A stretch of 64,000 nt of DNA, taken from positions 1,024,001 to 1,088,000 of the forward strand of contig CBDCTZ010000014.1 of NCBI GenBank assembly GCA_965222375.1. The letters run 5' to 3'. The notes below the pieces were generated by a model. The model was not told the origin of the DNA. It ran no database searches and saw only the letters and a program-made list of their open reading frames with translations. Source of the DNA: Polyangiaceae bacterium. Its GTDB lineage: Bacteria; Myxococcota_A; Polyangia; Polyangiales; Polyangiaceae. A program made the position numbers and the translations under genes. Numbering within the stretch: position 1 is the first letter of the stretch; each line of letters starts with the position of its first letter. Below, in pieces: positions 10,296-20,567 of the stretch.

Positions 10296-10698
10296 CTTGG
10301 AATCATACGCCGGGACGCTTCGAGGTCCAAAGAACGTAAGAGTTCCGAGGGTTTTCCGCCGCTGCGCCCTGCTTCCTCCACGCACGGCGCGACGCGGCTG
10401 CGCCGTAGACCCGACTAGGCCTGGAATGGGGCTCTTCTTGTTTTGGATGGTTCGCCGTAGCCGTCATTGACCGTTCTTCGGTGAGCTTGCGGTCCGCCCA
10501 GGGAGTGTCCGTTCCTGGGCTCGCACTCGCTTTCCAGAGAGCTCAGCATCGCGAGCAGCAGGGAAACCGGTGAGGCCACGCAATGGGCGAGGATGGGTCT
10601 GAGCCCGGGCCGCCAGAACGCTCGTGCGCGATGTCCGATTCTATCGAGTGAGGCTCCGACTGACCGCTGCTACGCCCTGGCCAGTGGAGGCTAATCGA

Positions 10699-11421
10699 AT
10701 GCGTTTCGAAGTTGTCTGGATGTGTGGAGCTTCGGCCTGGCTTGCCATGGCGGCGTGTTCAGGCTCTGGGGGAGCCCCAGGAGGTTCGGGAGCGACGGGC
10801 GGAAGCTCGGATGCTGGTGGTGGCGCGGCTGCGATTGGCTCGGGTGGCAAAGGCGGGAGTTCCGGGGCCTCTCTCACGGGAGGCGCTTCTGGAAGCGGGT
10901 TTGGCGGGAGCGCCGGCAATCCAGCGGCGACCGGCGGCGCGGTGGGTAGCGGCGGCGCCTGCCCCGATGCGAGCGGTTGCCGAACCCCCGATGGCGTGTG
11001 TGTGGATGGTGACACGGGGCCGAAGGGTGGAAACTGGTGTGCCGTCGTCCCTGGTGGAACATGCGTGAAGTGCGACGGCCCCGGGCAAGAATGTCTCAGG
11101 CTACTAGGTGTTGGCGTTCAGGGCTACTGGTGCGGCGTGCCCAAGCAGCCGGGAGAGCCCTGCTCGAACTCCGCCGAGTGCGTCAACGACTGCGACCCGG
11201 TTAGCAACACCTGCGTTTTCAATTGTGGAAAGCTTGGCGACCAGTGCCTCAACTCATCACACTGTTGCGATTCGATGGCCTGCGATCCGGTGCAGAGTCG
11301 TTGCTGCAGGCCCGCGGGGTATCAGTTGCCAGCGGGCGCCTTTGGTGGCGCCGAGTGCTGCTCGGGTCAGACCGACACCTTGGAGCTGGCGGGAGGTGGC
11401 TACATCATACTCTGCAAGTGA
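10699..11421 (+). CDS. Cys-rich lipoprotein with Gly-rich linker
   Basis: RBS GGAGG, lipobox MAAC, many Cys in knottin-like spacing. Confidence 0.7.
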   Translation: MRFEVVWMCGASAWLAMAACSGSGGAPGGSGATGGSSDAGGGAAAIGSGGKGGSSGASLTGGASGSGFGGSAGNPAATGGAVGSGGACPDASGCRTPDGVCVDGDTGPKGGNWCAVVPGGTCVKCDGPGQECLRLLGVGVQGYWCGVPKQPGEPCSNSAECVNDCDPVSNTCVFNCGKLGDQCLNSSHCCDSMACDPVQSRCCRPAGYQLPAGAFGGAECCSGQTDTLELAGGGYIILCK

Positions 11422-11600
11422 CGCGGGCACCGATCGCATGACTCAGCGCTGCAACCCTGCCTGAAAGCGGCGCCCGATGGGTTCCCTGGTCCCTGCCTGA
11501 CCACACCGGCGCCGGACCCCGGGCCGCAGCCGTGCTTGGACGTCGACCTGGACACCGGCCCCGATTCGTAACGACTCCTCAGCGCAGCAGCTCGGCGGAC

Positions 11601-11616
11601 TGGCACGCCGTGCGCT
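11601..11616 (+). promoter_or_regulatory. Orphan sigma54-like element (TGGCACGCCGTGCGCT)
   Basis: Strong TGGCACG -24 match, GG-N10-GC; no intact gene follows. Confidence 0.4.
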
Positions 11617-11713
11617 TCCGCGTCGTTGCTGCCCGACACCGTGACTCTTGCCCAGAGGGTAAGCCCTACAGGTGTCTGGTCGGGCCCCGGGGGAGTTCGC
11701 AAGTGGGCCGGTT

Positions 11714-11993
11714 GGCGCCCACGATTCTCGGGGATTGGTCGAACCGGCGCGTGCGCCTTGGTATTCACTACGGTTCCTCGAAGGTCGAGTTCATCGTGGA
11801 TGGCGTGGTCGTGAAAGCTGTAACCGCTGCCGAGTCCAAGACCAAGTGGCCGCATATCGGTGGAGTGCCCATCGGAATGTTTCCGGTCTATGACATTTGG
11901 GCGAGCTCTGACCAACTCGAGTGGGCAGGCACATACGACCTCGCGTTGGCGCAAGCGTCGCCGCTGACGATGACAATGCGTGGCCGAGAGTGA
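11714..11993 (+). pseudogene. C-terminal fragment of a GH16-like glycoside hydrolase
   Basis: LGIHYGSSKVEFIVDGVVVK...YDIWAS...EWAG resembles the GH16 C-terminal strands; no ExDxE catalytic motif or N-terminus. Confidence 0.5.
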
Positions 11994-12499
11994 TGAGCAG
12001 AGGGTGAACCCAGGGTCGGGGCCGCAGTTCCGCCCGCGATGGTCGGCTAGTGCACGACCTAGCGCTGGTCCACTTCGAGCCAACGATGCTGACAATGAGA
12101 GCACTCGTATTCCCGAAGACCAGGCCGTTTGCGCGCGACAGCCAGCATGTGTCGACACGTCTCCGTTCGCAGCGGAGGCTCCGAGCGGCACTTCTGTTGC
12201 AGTGGGACCATGCCAAGATCAAGCGTCGGCGCGGCGAAGTTGGGAACGCTGAGTCGTTTGATGTCGTAGGCGGTCACACTCACAACAACAGCAATTTGCA
12301 TGCCTGAACGCGGCGGCCGGGCGGAGAGTACTTGCTGGGGGGGCGGCTCCCGTGGCCGTCCTCCAGGTAGACATGGGTGCTGTCGAGTGCGACACCGTGC
12401 GTTGCGTCGGCCGCGAGCGCGCAGCGGCCGGCCGCTCAAAGTCTCGAATCGAGATTGGTGTTCGCGTCATGAGGAGAAAGGAACCGAGGAGTGGGCTGG

Positions 12500-13146
12500 T
12501 CACGGACGAGCGACTTTGAACAACCCTCCGGTCGCCGAAGAGAAGCTGCCCCAGTCCGTGAATTAGACATACTGCGCGTCGCTTGCGACGCCATGTCGTG
12601 ACTGGAGCACGTCGGCTGTGAACGCGATGGGTGGCTCCTTCGGCAACGTGAGTAGGTTGCCCGTCATCATCTGAGCTCCGTTGGTTCCGTCCCGGCCCCA
12701 GTACAGGTCGTCGTCTTGGCGAGACAAGAACCTCGCGCCAGCCTGACCGGATGCAAGGTCAGTTGCTTGACCTCCCGCCGCTGGGACTCGTCGAATGAAC
12801 TCCCCGTCGCGCCAGATGACGTCGCCATTCGCGATCACTAGGCCCCAGCCATTGATGTTACTTTCGGTCCCCTTGCCCGCCGCGAGCGACTGTGGCGAGC
12901 CGCCCGCTTTGGGGATGCGCAACACCGACCCGCTGGCAACGCTCGTCCAATAGGCATGGGTCGCGTCCAGCGTCATGATGAGCGGGCCGTCGAGGCCCGT
13001 AGCGAGCACCTGGGGATTGGAGCCGTCTTTCGCCGCGCGGGCCACTGTTCCGTCCGTCGCACCTTTGGTTCCACTGTTCGTCCAGTAGACGTGGGTCGCG
13101 TCCACCGCGATCCCCTTCGGGTTTAGCCCTGTGCCCACTTGCACCG
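12500..13146 (-). pseudogene. 5'-truncated beta-propeller paralog with an internal TAA stop
   Basis: Colinear with C-terminal halves of 22207-23541 and 27235-28569; DAQYV*FTDWGSFSSATGGLFKVARP* (Tyr codon is TAA at 12563-12565). Confidence 0.85.
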
Positions 13147-13453
13147 GCCGATTCCGCGATCGAAGGTCTTGCCGCCGCGAGTCGTGACTCCCGGGCGGAA
13201 CTTCAGAACATGGACCCAGGGCCCACTGCCTTCGCGTTTGAAAAGATCAACGAAACCCGTCCCCCCGTTGGCCTTGCCGCGTGCGTCGAACTTCGCATGG
13301 AAAACCCAGTCCGTCCACCCTCCCGTGAGAACGCTTGCCAGCGCGGCTTGACTCTGCGGCGTGGCGAAGTCCTTCATGCCATCCGGCCAACTCGATGGGG
13401 AGGGTTCGTCGCCGGTGTAGTGCATCTGTTGCTGCCATGGCACCTGGCCATTG
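13147..13453 (-). pseudogene. Internal fragment of a polysaccharide-lyase-like paralog of 25468-26832
   Basis: 102 aa with 10 differences from the corresponding segment of 25468-26832; abrupt ends on both sides. Confidence 0.9.
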
Positions 13454-13605
13454 GGTGGTGCCGGCATGACGTCCGGCCACGTGCTCACGGCCGACGACGG
13501 CCAAGGCTGAGAAGTCCGTCTGAAGCAGGGGGTCGCTGGCGAGCTGCGGCGTTGGCGACATCTCGGAAAGCGTGGCGTCCCGCCGCTGCGAACTGATCTG
13601 GCGCT

Positions 13606-14529
13606 TCAGAACCGCAAGCTGGACCAGTTTGCAGCGCTGCTGTTTCGGCGTCGAGGCGCGCGAGTCGCCGATTCCGAGCTCCCGCTCGTGAGCAGTAGAT
13701 AGCTCCCGACGCCCACCGCAACGACGGCGCCACCCAGGGCTATGTTCGTGATCAGCCGGTTGCGCGTTCCGCGATCGCGGGCATCGGCGTCCGTGAAATT
13801 CGATGCTTCGTAGTCGTCGCTTGCGGACAAGGTTTGGGTGCCGAAGTAGGCGGCGGCACCGCCGAGGACAACGCCGCTGCCCAGAGCGATCCAACCCCAG
13901 GTGGCTTGGGACGGGGACGCAGCGGGTTTCTCGGGGGTGTCCTTCGTTGGCGGAGTGTCGCGGCCCGTGGGTGGGCGAGTTGGCCCCAAAGTTGCGGCTC
14001 CTGCTTCCACCTCGACGTTCAGCACTTCGCCCGCGCGAACCTGAATGGTCTTGGAGGCGCCGGATCCATCTGCCCGCTCGACGGATAGCTCGTGCGTGCC
14101 GGGAGTGAGGTGAAACTGCGTCGGGATGGGCGCGCGCTTCAGGTGGGCCACGCTGAGTGTGCCGCCCAGTGGTCCGGGTATCTTCACGTAGCCTAGGTTT
14201 TGCTTCAGTGCGGCGAGTACCGTGCGAGCTTTACCCGCGCGCTGCTCGTCCAGACCGCCCTGTTGCAGTGCTGCTTCGTAGCCGTCCGCCGCGCGTGCAT
14301 TTGCGCCAGCCTTCTGCCAAGCGAGGGCCGCGTTGTAGCGAAGCTGGGCATGGGGGGCCAGGCGGTTAGCCTCTTCGAAACGCTCCGCCGCACGTTTGAA
14401 TTCTCCCTCGGCAAAGGCCGCGCGCGCTTCCTGATCCGCCGCTGCCGCGCGCGATTCCTGAGACTGACCCCAGGCGGGGATGGTCAGAGTCGTTGTCAGG
14501 CACAGGGAGAGGATGGCAGCGCGAAACAC
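13606..14529 (-). CDS. Secreted TPR + PEGA-like domain protein with C-terminal hydrophobic helices
   Basis: Signal peptide MFRAAILSLCL..PAWG, TPR (AAERFEEANRLAP..LRYNAALA), PGTHELSV strand; GTG 6 nt after TACGCT. Confidence 0.8.
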   Translation of the reverse strand: MFRAAILSLCLTTTLTIPAWGQSQESRAAAADQEARAAFAEGEFKRAAERFEEANRLAPHAQLRYNAALAWQKAGANARAADGYEAALQQGGLDEQRAGKARTVLAALKQNLGYVKIPGPLGGTLSVAHLKRAPIPTQFHLTPGTHELSVERADGSGASKTIQVRAGEVLNVEVEAGAATLGPTRPPTGRDTPPTKDTPEKPAASPSQATWGWIALGSGVVLGGAAAYFGTQTLSASDDYEASNFTDADARDRGTRNRLITNIALGGAVVAVGVGSYLLLTSGSSESATRAPRRRNSSAANWSSLRF

Positions 14530-14651
14530 GTAGCCAGCGTACCACGAAGCAAGGCGCGAAATCGTCATCATCACCGCGTTCGCAACTGCTATGGGCGCAA
14601 CCATAGAGTTCCCGGTCTGCTGTGCGCATGGTTGCACCATGCTATGCTCCG

Positions 14652-15593
14652 ATGGTGCGCTTACGGTCGTGTACTTGGCTTGCGGTTGTCGCCACGTTGG
14701 CTTGCACCACCGATTTTCCGGAGCTTCGACCGGGCGCGGGGGGATCTCTGGGTGGCGCTGGGGCCGCCGGGGTTGGGGCCGCGGGAGGTAGCCAGGTGGG
14801 CGGTAGTGGGGGGATTGCTGGAGGAGGCGGAGCCGTCGGTGGCTCCAGTGGTAGCGCTGCGGGTGGCTCGAGCGGCAGCGCCACGGGTGGTTCAAGTGGC
14901 AGCGCAGGTGGTGGCGCCGCGGGCTCCGCGGGTACGGGGGGCTCCGCTGGCGCTGCGCCCAGCGGCCTCATCGGCTATTGGCCGCTCGAGGACAAGGCGG
15001 GCACCAAGGCCACCGACCAGGTTGGATTCCATGACGGTGTGCTTGCGCCCAGCAAAGTGACATGGACCAGCCAAGGAAAGGTGGGGTCGGCGCTGGAATT
15101 CGCTGATGGTGAAGGACTCGTGATGAACACACTGTCCGGATCTGCATTCCCCACCGCAGGCACGCTCAGCATGTGGCTTCGGGCAGACTTCGAGTCACCG
15201 CCGGCCAAGCACCGCAACATCTTCGACAAGGCCGACGCCACGCGAGACCACATCTACCTGCGGCGCTCCAAGCTGGACACGGGCGCCATCGACTTGCAGG
15301 CGCATTTTCAGAAATCGGACGGTAGTTGGGCGTTCCTCGGAAGTCACAAGGTCAAGGTGAAGACGTGGCAGCATGTCGCCGTTGGATGGGACGTTCCTGC
15401 GAAGGCGGGTTTTTACTACCTCGAGGGCAACCTCGAGACCGTCGATTTCTCCAAGCACCCGAATTGGACCCCCAAGGACCAGGAGTTCCGGTTCGGCCGC
15501 TTGCTGATAGGTACCATCGACGAAATCAGGTTGTACAACCGGATGCTGAGCCTCGCCGAGATACAGCTAGTAGCGCAGCTGAACGGCCCGTGA
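14652..15593 (+). CDS. LamG/concanavalin-A-like (Laminin_G_3) lipoprotein
   Basis: Lipobox TLAC, Gly-rich linker, GLIGYWPLED, GKVGSALEF, WQHVAV, GTIDEIRLYNRML. Confidence 0.85.
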   Translation: MVRLRSCTWLAVVATLACTTDFPELRPGAGGSLGGAGAAGVGAAGGSQVGGSGGIAGGGGAVGGSSGSAAGGSSGSATGGSSGSAGGGAAGSAGTGGSAGAAPSGLIGYWPLEDKAGTKATDQVGFHDGVLAPSKVTWTSQGKVGSALEFADGEGLVMNTLSGSAFPTAGTLSMWLRADFESPPAKHRNIFDKADATRDHIYLRRSKLDTGAIDLQAHFQKSDGSWAFLGSHKVKVKTWQHVAVGWDVPAKAGFYYLEGNLETVDFSKHPNWTPKDQEFRFGRLLIGTIDEIRLYNRMLSLAEIQLVAQLNGP

Positions 15594-15612
15594 CCCTATG
15601 TTTTCGACCAGC

Positions 15613-15667
15613 TCAGCTCTGTTGCTACCCAAGAAGGGATGGAGGTTTGGGTTGGCAACAGAGCTGA
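15613..15667. repeat. Long inverted repeat (about 20-bp arms) between convergent genes
   Basis: TCAGCTCTGTTGCTACCCAA ... TTGGGTTGGCAACAGAGCTGA. Confidence 0.75.
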
Positions 15668-15848
15668 ACCGGCTCTCCAGCAGACGCCTCCGCAGCGCTC
15701 GCATGCGGGGCGCGCCGAACGTTGCCCGCTTTCCGCGCCTTGACTGGCCCCGCGCACCCGCTGCGGCTCGTCGAGGCCCAGCTGACTGCGCTGACGTCTA
15801 CCGATGCGCCTTCCACCACTCTGCCGGCGCGATCTGTAGCGCCGGCGC

Positions 15849-17238
15849 CTACTGCGAGGGATCCGTTCTATCGACCGTCACGTCGCTGAGCGTCGTGCCG
15901 TCTCGAGCCGCTTCGCCGAAGTAGAAGCTGTCCATGTAGACGGCGATCGGACCCTTGGCTGACGACGCCTTGGTGCGCCAGACGGGCTTGTACACACGCA
16001 GACCGAGGGTCAAGCCTGGGTGTTCGCTCGTGGGCGCAATGGGGACCAAACCCACCGGCTTGTTGACGCGCTTTGCCCCGACTTGCTTCCACGCTCTGTT
16101 CAAGTCCTTGTCGAGGTAGTCGCCGATCTGCTTGTAAGATACCAGCCGCCCCGCATTGCCTGGGTATACCTGATCGCGGCCGCCTGGAACCGTGGAAGCA
16201 TTGGTCGAGGTAGTGAACGGATTCAGCAAGATATCGAAGGCGAAGCAGGTCCACCTGCCTTTGTCCGGGTTGATTGGCCCAAGGTTGTATCCGACCTGGA
16301 GCGCGCCTTGGTTGTCTTTGATCGAACTGTCGTCGCGGTGCTCGATCAGCGCCCAGTTGGCGGCACCCGCTTCGGGCGTTTGAATACCGAAAGCCAGGTT
16401 GGTGAACTGCGCCGTCGTGTTGACTTCGAAGAACATCAGTCGGTTGTTCGTCTTTTCCGATTCAAAGTTGCTTGGCAGGTAGACACATAGACCCACGTAG
16501 GTCTGCTTGCCCCAAAGGATATGGTTCTTGAAGCGGCCAGGCGTGAAGGTGCTCCGTGGCTTGTCCAGGCCATCGGCTTGCAGCCCGGTGTAGTTCTGAC
16601 TCAGCTTCAGCTGAGCTTCGAGCATGTAGCTGCCTTCGCGTGGTGTGACGGCGCCGGCAGAGCCGGAGTTCGTCGTGGGTGGGGTCGCGCCGCTCACCAC
16701 GCGAACGTCCAGTCCGGAAGTTGGACCGACATCGCACTTGCCGTCCAAGCATGCGAAGATCTCGTTGCCCTTTTGGTTGGTGGGCAGCGTTCGAAACCGA
16801 TAGCCGTCTACCTGGTCGTCGCGATCATTGATGTAGTTGGGCGGTCCGGTTTCGAATTGCCCATCGAACCATATGCTCCGTGGTCCCGGATTGGGAGTGG
16901 ACCCGCCACTTCCGGATGTTCCGCCCGCTGCACTAGCGCCCGCCCCGGCGGTGCCACCGCCCGCACTAGCGCCCGCCCCGGCGGTGCCACCGCCCGCACT
17001 AGCGCCCGCCCCGGCGGTGCCACCAGCCGCAGTACCGCCGCCACCGGCCACGCCGCCAGATCCCGCGGCGCCCCCGGTCGCTGATGCGCTTCCTGTCCCC
17101 GCGCCGCCACTTGCCGTTGAACTTGCCTCATCTGAGGAAGAGCAACTGGTGACCAGCAGGAAGAAGCAAGGGATCAGTCCCCGAATTCGTCGTGCCACAT
17201 GGCTTTGCAAGTCCCGCTGCGGCAGTCGGGGGTACGCC
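15849..17238 (-). CDS. Polysaccharide-lyase-like (heparinase I/PF14099-like) lipoprotein, interrupted near its 5' end by IS21
   Basis: Lipobox VTSC, FETG, PREGSY, YVGLCVYLPSNF, KGRWT.F, VYK, VYMDSFYFG; original ATG reconstructed at 20469. Confidence 0.65.
16930..17024 (-). repeat. 33-bp tandem repeat (2.9 copies) encoding GGTAGAGASAG linker
   Basis: GCACTAGCGCCCGCCCCGGCGGTGCCACCGCCC repeated identically. Confidence 0.9.
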
Positions 17239-17394
17239 TGTCAACGGGCATCCGAAACGGCGTCTAAGTGGGCGGCATGGCGGAGGTGCCCATATTTGCG
17301 CGTGAGTGATGCCCGGATTTACGCCGTCGGATAGAGCGCGTGAAATTGGGCCCGGTCGGGTGGGCGCTTGGATGATCTCGATGCCCAGATAGAT

Positions 17395-17424
17395 GAAAGG
17401 CCCGGGGCGCAACCCGAGCCTTTC
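17395..17424. terminator. Stem-loop inside IS left end
   Basis: GAAAGGCCCGGG-N6-CCCGAGCCTTTC. Confidence 0.4.
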
Positions 17425-17500
17425 CAACCGCGATCAGTTGTGGCGCAAGCATCGCTGATAGCGGCGTACGGATCCAGAAAACTGCTGGGCGGAGTCCGCG

Positions 17501-18133
17501 ATCAGCGATTCGTTCCGGCTTTTCAACTGTCAGCGGTGCCACGGCCAGGTGAAGCTTTGCCAACGTTGCGACCGAGGGCAGCTGTATTGCAGCAGTGACT
17601 GCGCTTCAATAAGTCGCAGCCAAAGCGTGCGAGAGGCGGGGGCTCGGTACCAGCGCACGCGCCGTGGAGCGCGGCTTCACGCAGAGCGACAAGCCCGTCA
17701 CCGGGCGCGGCGGCGAGAAAAAGTGACGCATCACCCCTCGTCATTAGACGCCAGCGGGCGCAGCAGTGGACCCGAGAGTGAGGCGGCACGGCACGCCGTC
17801 CTCGAGGCTAACCCCAATGATGCGTCTGACAGCCCAGCTTCAGGTTTCGAAAACGGAGATGCAGCTTCTGGTGACGTCTCCGGAACAAGGGGATGTGCTG
17901 AAAGCGAGGCTGTCGCTGCGACCGTCTCACCCTCGCGCTCTTCTGACATTGCTCGAAGGGCTCGCGCTGTGGAGCGGGGCGAAGCTCTGCGTTGCGATTA
18001 CTGCGGAGCAGAACTGCCCAAGTTGGCTCGACTCGGGGCTGTTTGGCGACGAGCTATGGCCCGGGGAAAGCCAACTCGTGCAGTACGAGGTCGCCGGCCG
18101 CGCCCGCCCAAAGCGCCTACGAGGCGTGGGTGA
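17501..18133 (+). CDS. IS21-borne Cys-rich (putative Zn-binding), Arg-rich accessory protein; apparent ATC start
   Basis: FNCQRC..VKLCQRCDRGQLYCSSDC and C-terminal CDYC; GGAG 6 nt before ATC 17501; first GTG (17549) lies after the first CxxC. Confidence 0.6.
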   Translation: MSDSFRLFNCQRCHGQVKLCQRCDRGQLYCSSDCASISRSQSVREAGARYQRTRRGARLHAERQARHRARRREKVTHHPSSLDASGRSSGPESEAARHAVLEANPNDASDSPASGFENGDAASGDVSGTRGCAESEAVAATVSPSRSSDIARRARAVERGEALRCDYCGAELPKLARLGAVWRRAMARGKPTRAVRGRRPRPPKAPTRRG

Positions 18134-18167
18134 CTTTCGTCGCATGCGTGGACGAGGTGCGCGGTGA
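17817..18167 (+). CDS. Second IS21 accessory ORF (116 aa), overlapping the first and coupled to istA
   Basis: GAGG before ATG, globular-looking sequence ([16 protein letters not shown]), GTGA overlap with istA start. Confidence 0.6.
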   Translation: MMRLTAQLQVSKTEMQLLVTSPEQGDVLKARLSLRPSHPRALLTLLEGLALWSGAKLCVAITAEQNCPSWLDSGLFGDELWPGESQLVQYEVAGRARPKRLRGVGDFRRMRGRGAR

Positions 18168-19675
18168 TCAGCAAGGAGCGCAGAGCCGAAATCCTCCGGC
18201 TGTACCACGCGGAGAAGTGGAAGATCGGGACGATTGCCCAGCAGCTTGGCATCCACCACGGCACGGTGCGGCGTGTCCTGCGAGACGCCGGGGTCGACAC
18301 GGTGTCCCGGAGTCTGCGTCCGTCAATTACCGATCCCTACGTCCCACTGATCATCGAGACGCTGGCGCAGTACCCGAAGCTGCCGGCGATCCGCGTTTAC
18401 GCGATGGCGAAAGAGCGGGGCTACCAGGGCGGCTCAGATCATTTTCGCCGCATCGTCGCTCGACACAGACCGCGACCAACAGCGGAAGCGTACATGCGTT
18501 TGCGCACGCTGCCTGGCGAACAGGGCCAAGTGGATTGGGCGCATTTCGGGACTCTTTCAGTTGGGCGAGCGAGCCGGCAGCTGATGGCATTTGTGATGGT
18601 GCTCAGCTGGTCGCGGATGGTGTTTCTACGCTTCTACCTGAACGCCAACATGTCGAGTTTTCTTCACGGGCATGTGTCTGCGTTTGATTTCTGGGCAGGC
18701 GTTCCACGGGTCCTGCTGTACGACAATCTCAAGAGTGCGGTGCTGGAGCGCAAGGGCGATGCGATCCGTTTTCACCCCACGCTGCTGGAGTTAGCTGGCC
18801 ACTATCGCTACGAGCCACGCCCAGTCGCGGTGGCACGCGGCAATGAGAAGGGCCGCGTCGAGCGCGCGATCCGCTACATCAGATCCAGCTTCTTCGCCGC
18901 ACGCGAGTATCGCGATCTCGACGATCTGAATGAGCAAGCACTCGACTGGTGCCTGGGCACTGCGGCGGAGCGTCGTTGTCCCGAGGATGAGACCCTGAAC
19001 GTCTCGGAGGCCTTCGCCGAAGAGAAGCCGCGTCTGTTGGAGCTACCGAGCAATCCATTTTTGACCGACGAGCGCATCGAGGTTGCCGTGGGCAAGACGC
19101 CCTACGTGCGTTTCGACCTGAACGACTACTCCATTCCGGCAACGCATACACGCAGGAGCCTCACCGTGGTGGCAAGCATGACGACCGTGCGTGTCCTCGA
19201 CGGTGAAGACACCATCGCGGAGCACGCCCGGTGCTGGGATCGCCGTCAGGCGATCGAGGAGCCGGCACACATTGCGGCGCTTGCAGAGTGGAAACGGCAA
19301 GCCCACGCGCATCGCGGCCTTGATCGCTTGCATCACGCGGCGCCATCTTCCCGAAAGCTTTTCAAAGTGCTGGCCGAGCAGGGCAAGAACTTGGGCGGCG
19401 CGACGATTGCGATGCTCAAGCAGCTGGACCGAGTTGGGGCCGCGGAGCTGGAAGCTGCGCTGGCCGAGGTTGTGCAACTCGGCACACCACACCTTGCGGC
19501 TGTGCACCACGTCCTGGAGCGACGCCGCTACGAGCGCGGCACCCCTCCACCCGTGGGGCGACATCTTCCCGACGACGACCGCGTGCAAGGCCCGGTCGTC
19601 ACCCCGCATTCACTCAGCGACTACGACGGTATTGGGAGAGACGATGATGACAACGACGACGAGCGATCAGGCTGA
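18164..19675 (+). CDS. istA: IS21 family DDE transposase
   Basis: N-terminal [26 protein letters not shown]. Confidence 0.95.
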   Translation: MISKERRAEILRLYHAEKWKIGTIAQQLGIHHGTVRRVLRDAGVDTVSRSLRPSITDPYVPLIIETLAQYPKLPAIRVYAMAKERGYQGGSDHFRRIVARHRPRPTAEAYMRLRTLPGEQGQVDWAHFGTLSVGRASRQLMAFVMVLSWSRMVFLRFYLNANMSSFLHGHVSAFDFWAGVPRVLLYDNLKSAVLERKGDAIRFHPTLLELAGHYRYEPRPVAVARGNEKGRVERAIRYIRSSFFAAREYRDLDDLNEQALDWCLGTAAERRCPEDETLNVSEAFAEEKPRLLELPSNPFLTDERIEVAVGKTPYVRFDLNDYSIPATHTRRSLTVVASMTTVRVLDGEDTIAEHARCWDRRQAIEEPAHIAALAEWKRQAHAHRGLDRLHHAAPSSRKLFKVLAEQGKNLGGATIAMLKQLDRVGAAELEAALAEVVQLGTPHLAAVHHVLERRRYERGTPPPVGRHLPDDDRVQGPVVTPHSLSDYDGIGRDDDDNDDERSG

Positions 19676-20411
19676 CAAGGATCTGCGAGAGCGTGCGCAC
19701 CGCCTGGGGTTGCACGGTCTTCTGGCCAACTGGGACGACGTGGTGAGCGCAGATTGGCTTGGTCCGTTGCTCGCCTACGAGGAAGCCGAACGCACCCGGC
19801 GCAGTCTGGAGCGTCGCATCAAAAATGCCCGGCTGGGTCGATTCAAGCCGCTCACCGACTTCGATTGGAAGTGGCCGAAGAAGATCGACAAGAGCTCCGT
19901 CGACGAGCTCTTTCGCCTCAACCTATTCGCCGAAGGCGCCAATGCCGTGTTGCTTGGGCCCAACGGCGTCGGCAAGACGATGTTGCTCAAAAATCTCGCA
20001 CATCACTGCGTGATGCGCGGCTATACGGTGCGTTTCACCACAGCCAGCGCCATGCTCAACGAACTTGCGGGTCAAGACAGCAGCGCCGCCCTCAGCCGTC
20101 GCCTGCGCCAATACACCCACCCGCAGCTCCTGTGCGTCGACGAGGTCGGTTACCTTTCCTACGACAGCCGCTATGCCGATCTGCTCTTCGAGGTCGTCAC
20201 CAGACGCTACGAGGCGCTCAAGCCCGTGGTGCTGACCACGAACAAGCCCTTCAGCGAGTGGCCCGACGTCTTTCCCCACGCCGCCTGCGTCGTCACCTTG
20301 GTCGATCGCCTCATCCACCGCTGCGAAGTCATCCACATCCAGGGCCAGAGTTACCGCGCAAAGGAAGCCAAAGAACGCGCCGCCTCCAAAAAGGCGAACA
20401 AGCCCACTTAG
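19644..20411 (+). CDS. istB: IS21 helper AAA+ ATPase
   Basis: GPNGVGKT Walker A, LCVDEVGY Walker B, TTNKPF.EW, DRL.H, GQSYR. Confidence 0.95.
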   Translation: MMTTTTSDQADKDLRERAHRLGLHGLLANWDDVVSADWLGPLLAYEEAERTRRSLERRIKNARLGRFKPLTDFDWKWPKKIDKSSVDELFRLNLFAEGANAVLLGPNGVGKTMLLKNLAHHCVMRGYTVRFTTASAMLNELAGQDSSAALSRRLRQYTHPQLLCVDEVGYLSYDSRYADLLFEVVTRRYEALKPVVLTTNKPFSEWPDVFPHAACVVTLVDRLIHRCEVIHIQGQSYRAKEAKERAASKKANKPT

Positions 20412-20482
20412 ACGCGCCCATCTATGCGCCCTTTTTCATGACCGCTAACAACGCCACGCCATTTCGCATGTTCTACAGAAGC

Positions 20483-20498
20483 AGCAAGCGGCATGCCA
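20483..20498 (-). promoter_or_regulatory. Sigma54 promoter (TGGCATGCCGCTTGCT) of the IS-interrupted lyase-like gene
   Basis: Near-consensus -24/-12; 15 nt before ATG 20469. Confidence 0.75.
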
Positions 20499-20567
20499 CG
20501 TCCGGGCGGCTCCATTTCGTGTGGGATGCCTACACAACCCCCTCATCCGTTCGTTCGAGTAGGCGCC

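Larger units (their letters stand above)
17239..20450 (+). mobile_element. Complete IS21-family insertion sequence (3212 bp) with 5-bp target-site duplication ACGCC
   Basis: TGT...ACA ends, imperfect terminal IRs sharing GCGTCTAAGTGGGC, ACGCC at 17234-17238 and 20451-20455, istA/istB inside. Confidence 0.95.

Noticed and set aside
10495..10520. GC hairpin in the 10.4-10.6 kb intergenic region as a riboswitch or ncRNA
   Set aside because: Single stem only; no recognisable family consensus
13147..13453. DGR-type template/variable repeat pair with about 25672-25978
   Set aside because: Differences are mostly third-position and not adenine-specific; no reverse transcriptase
11422..13605. Possible CRISPR-like or repeat-spacer array holding gene fragments
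   Set aside because: No recurring repeat separates the fragments, their sizes are irregular, and there are no cas, integrase or reverse transcriptase genes in the window
17368..17598. 76-aa ORF in the IS left end
   Set aside because: No recognisable features; overlaps a stem-loop and the better-supported Cys-rich frame
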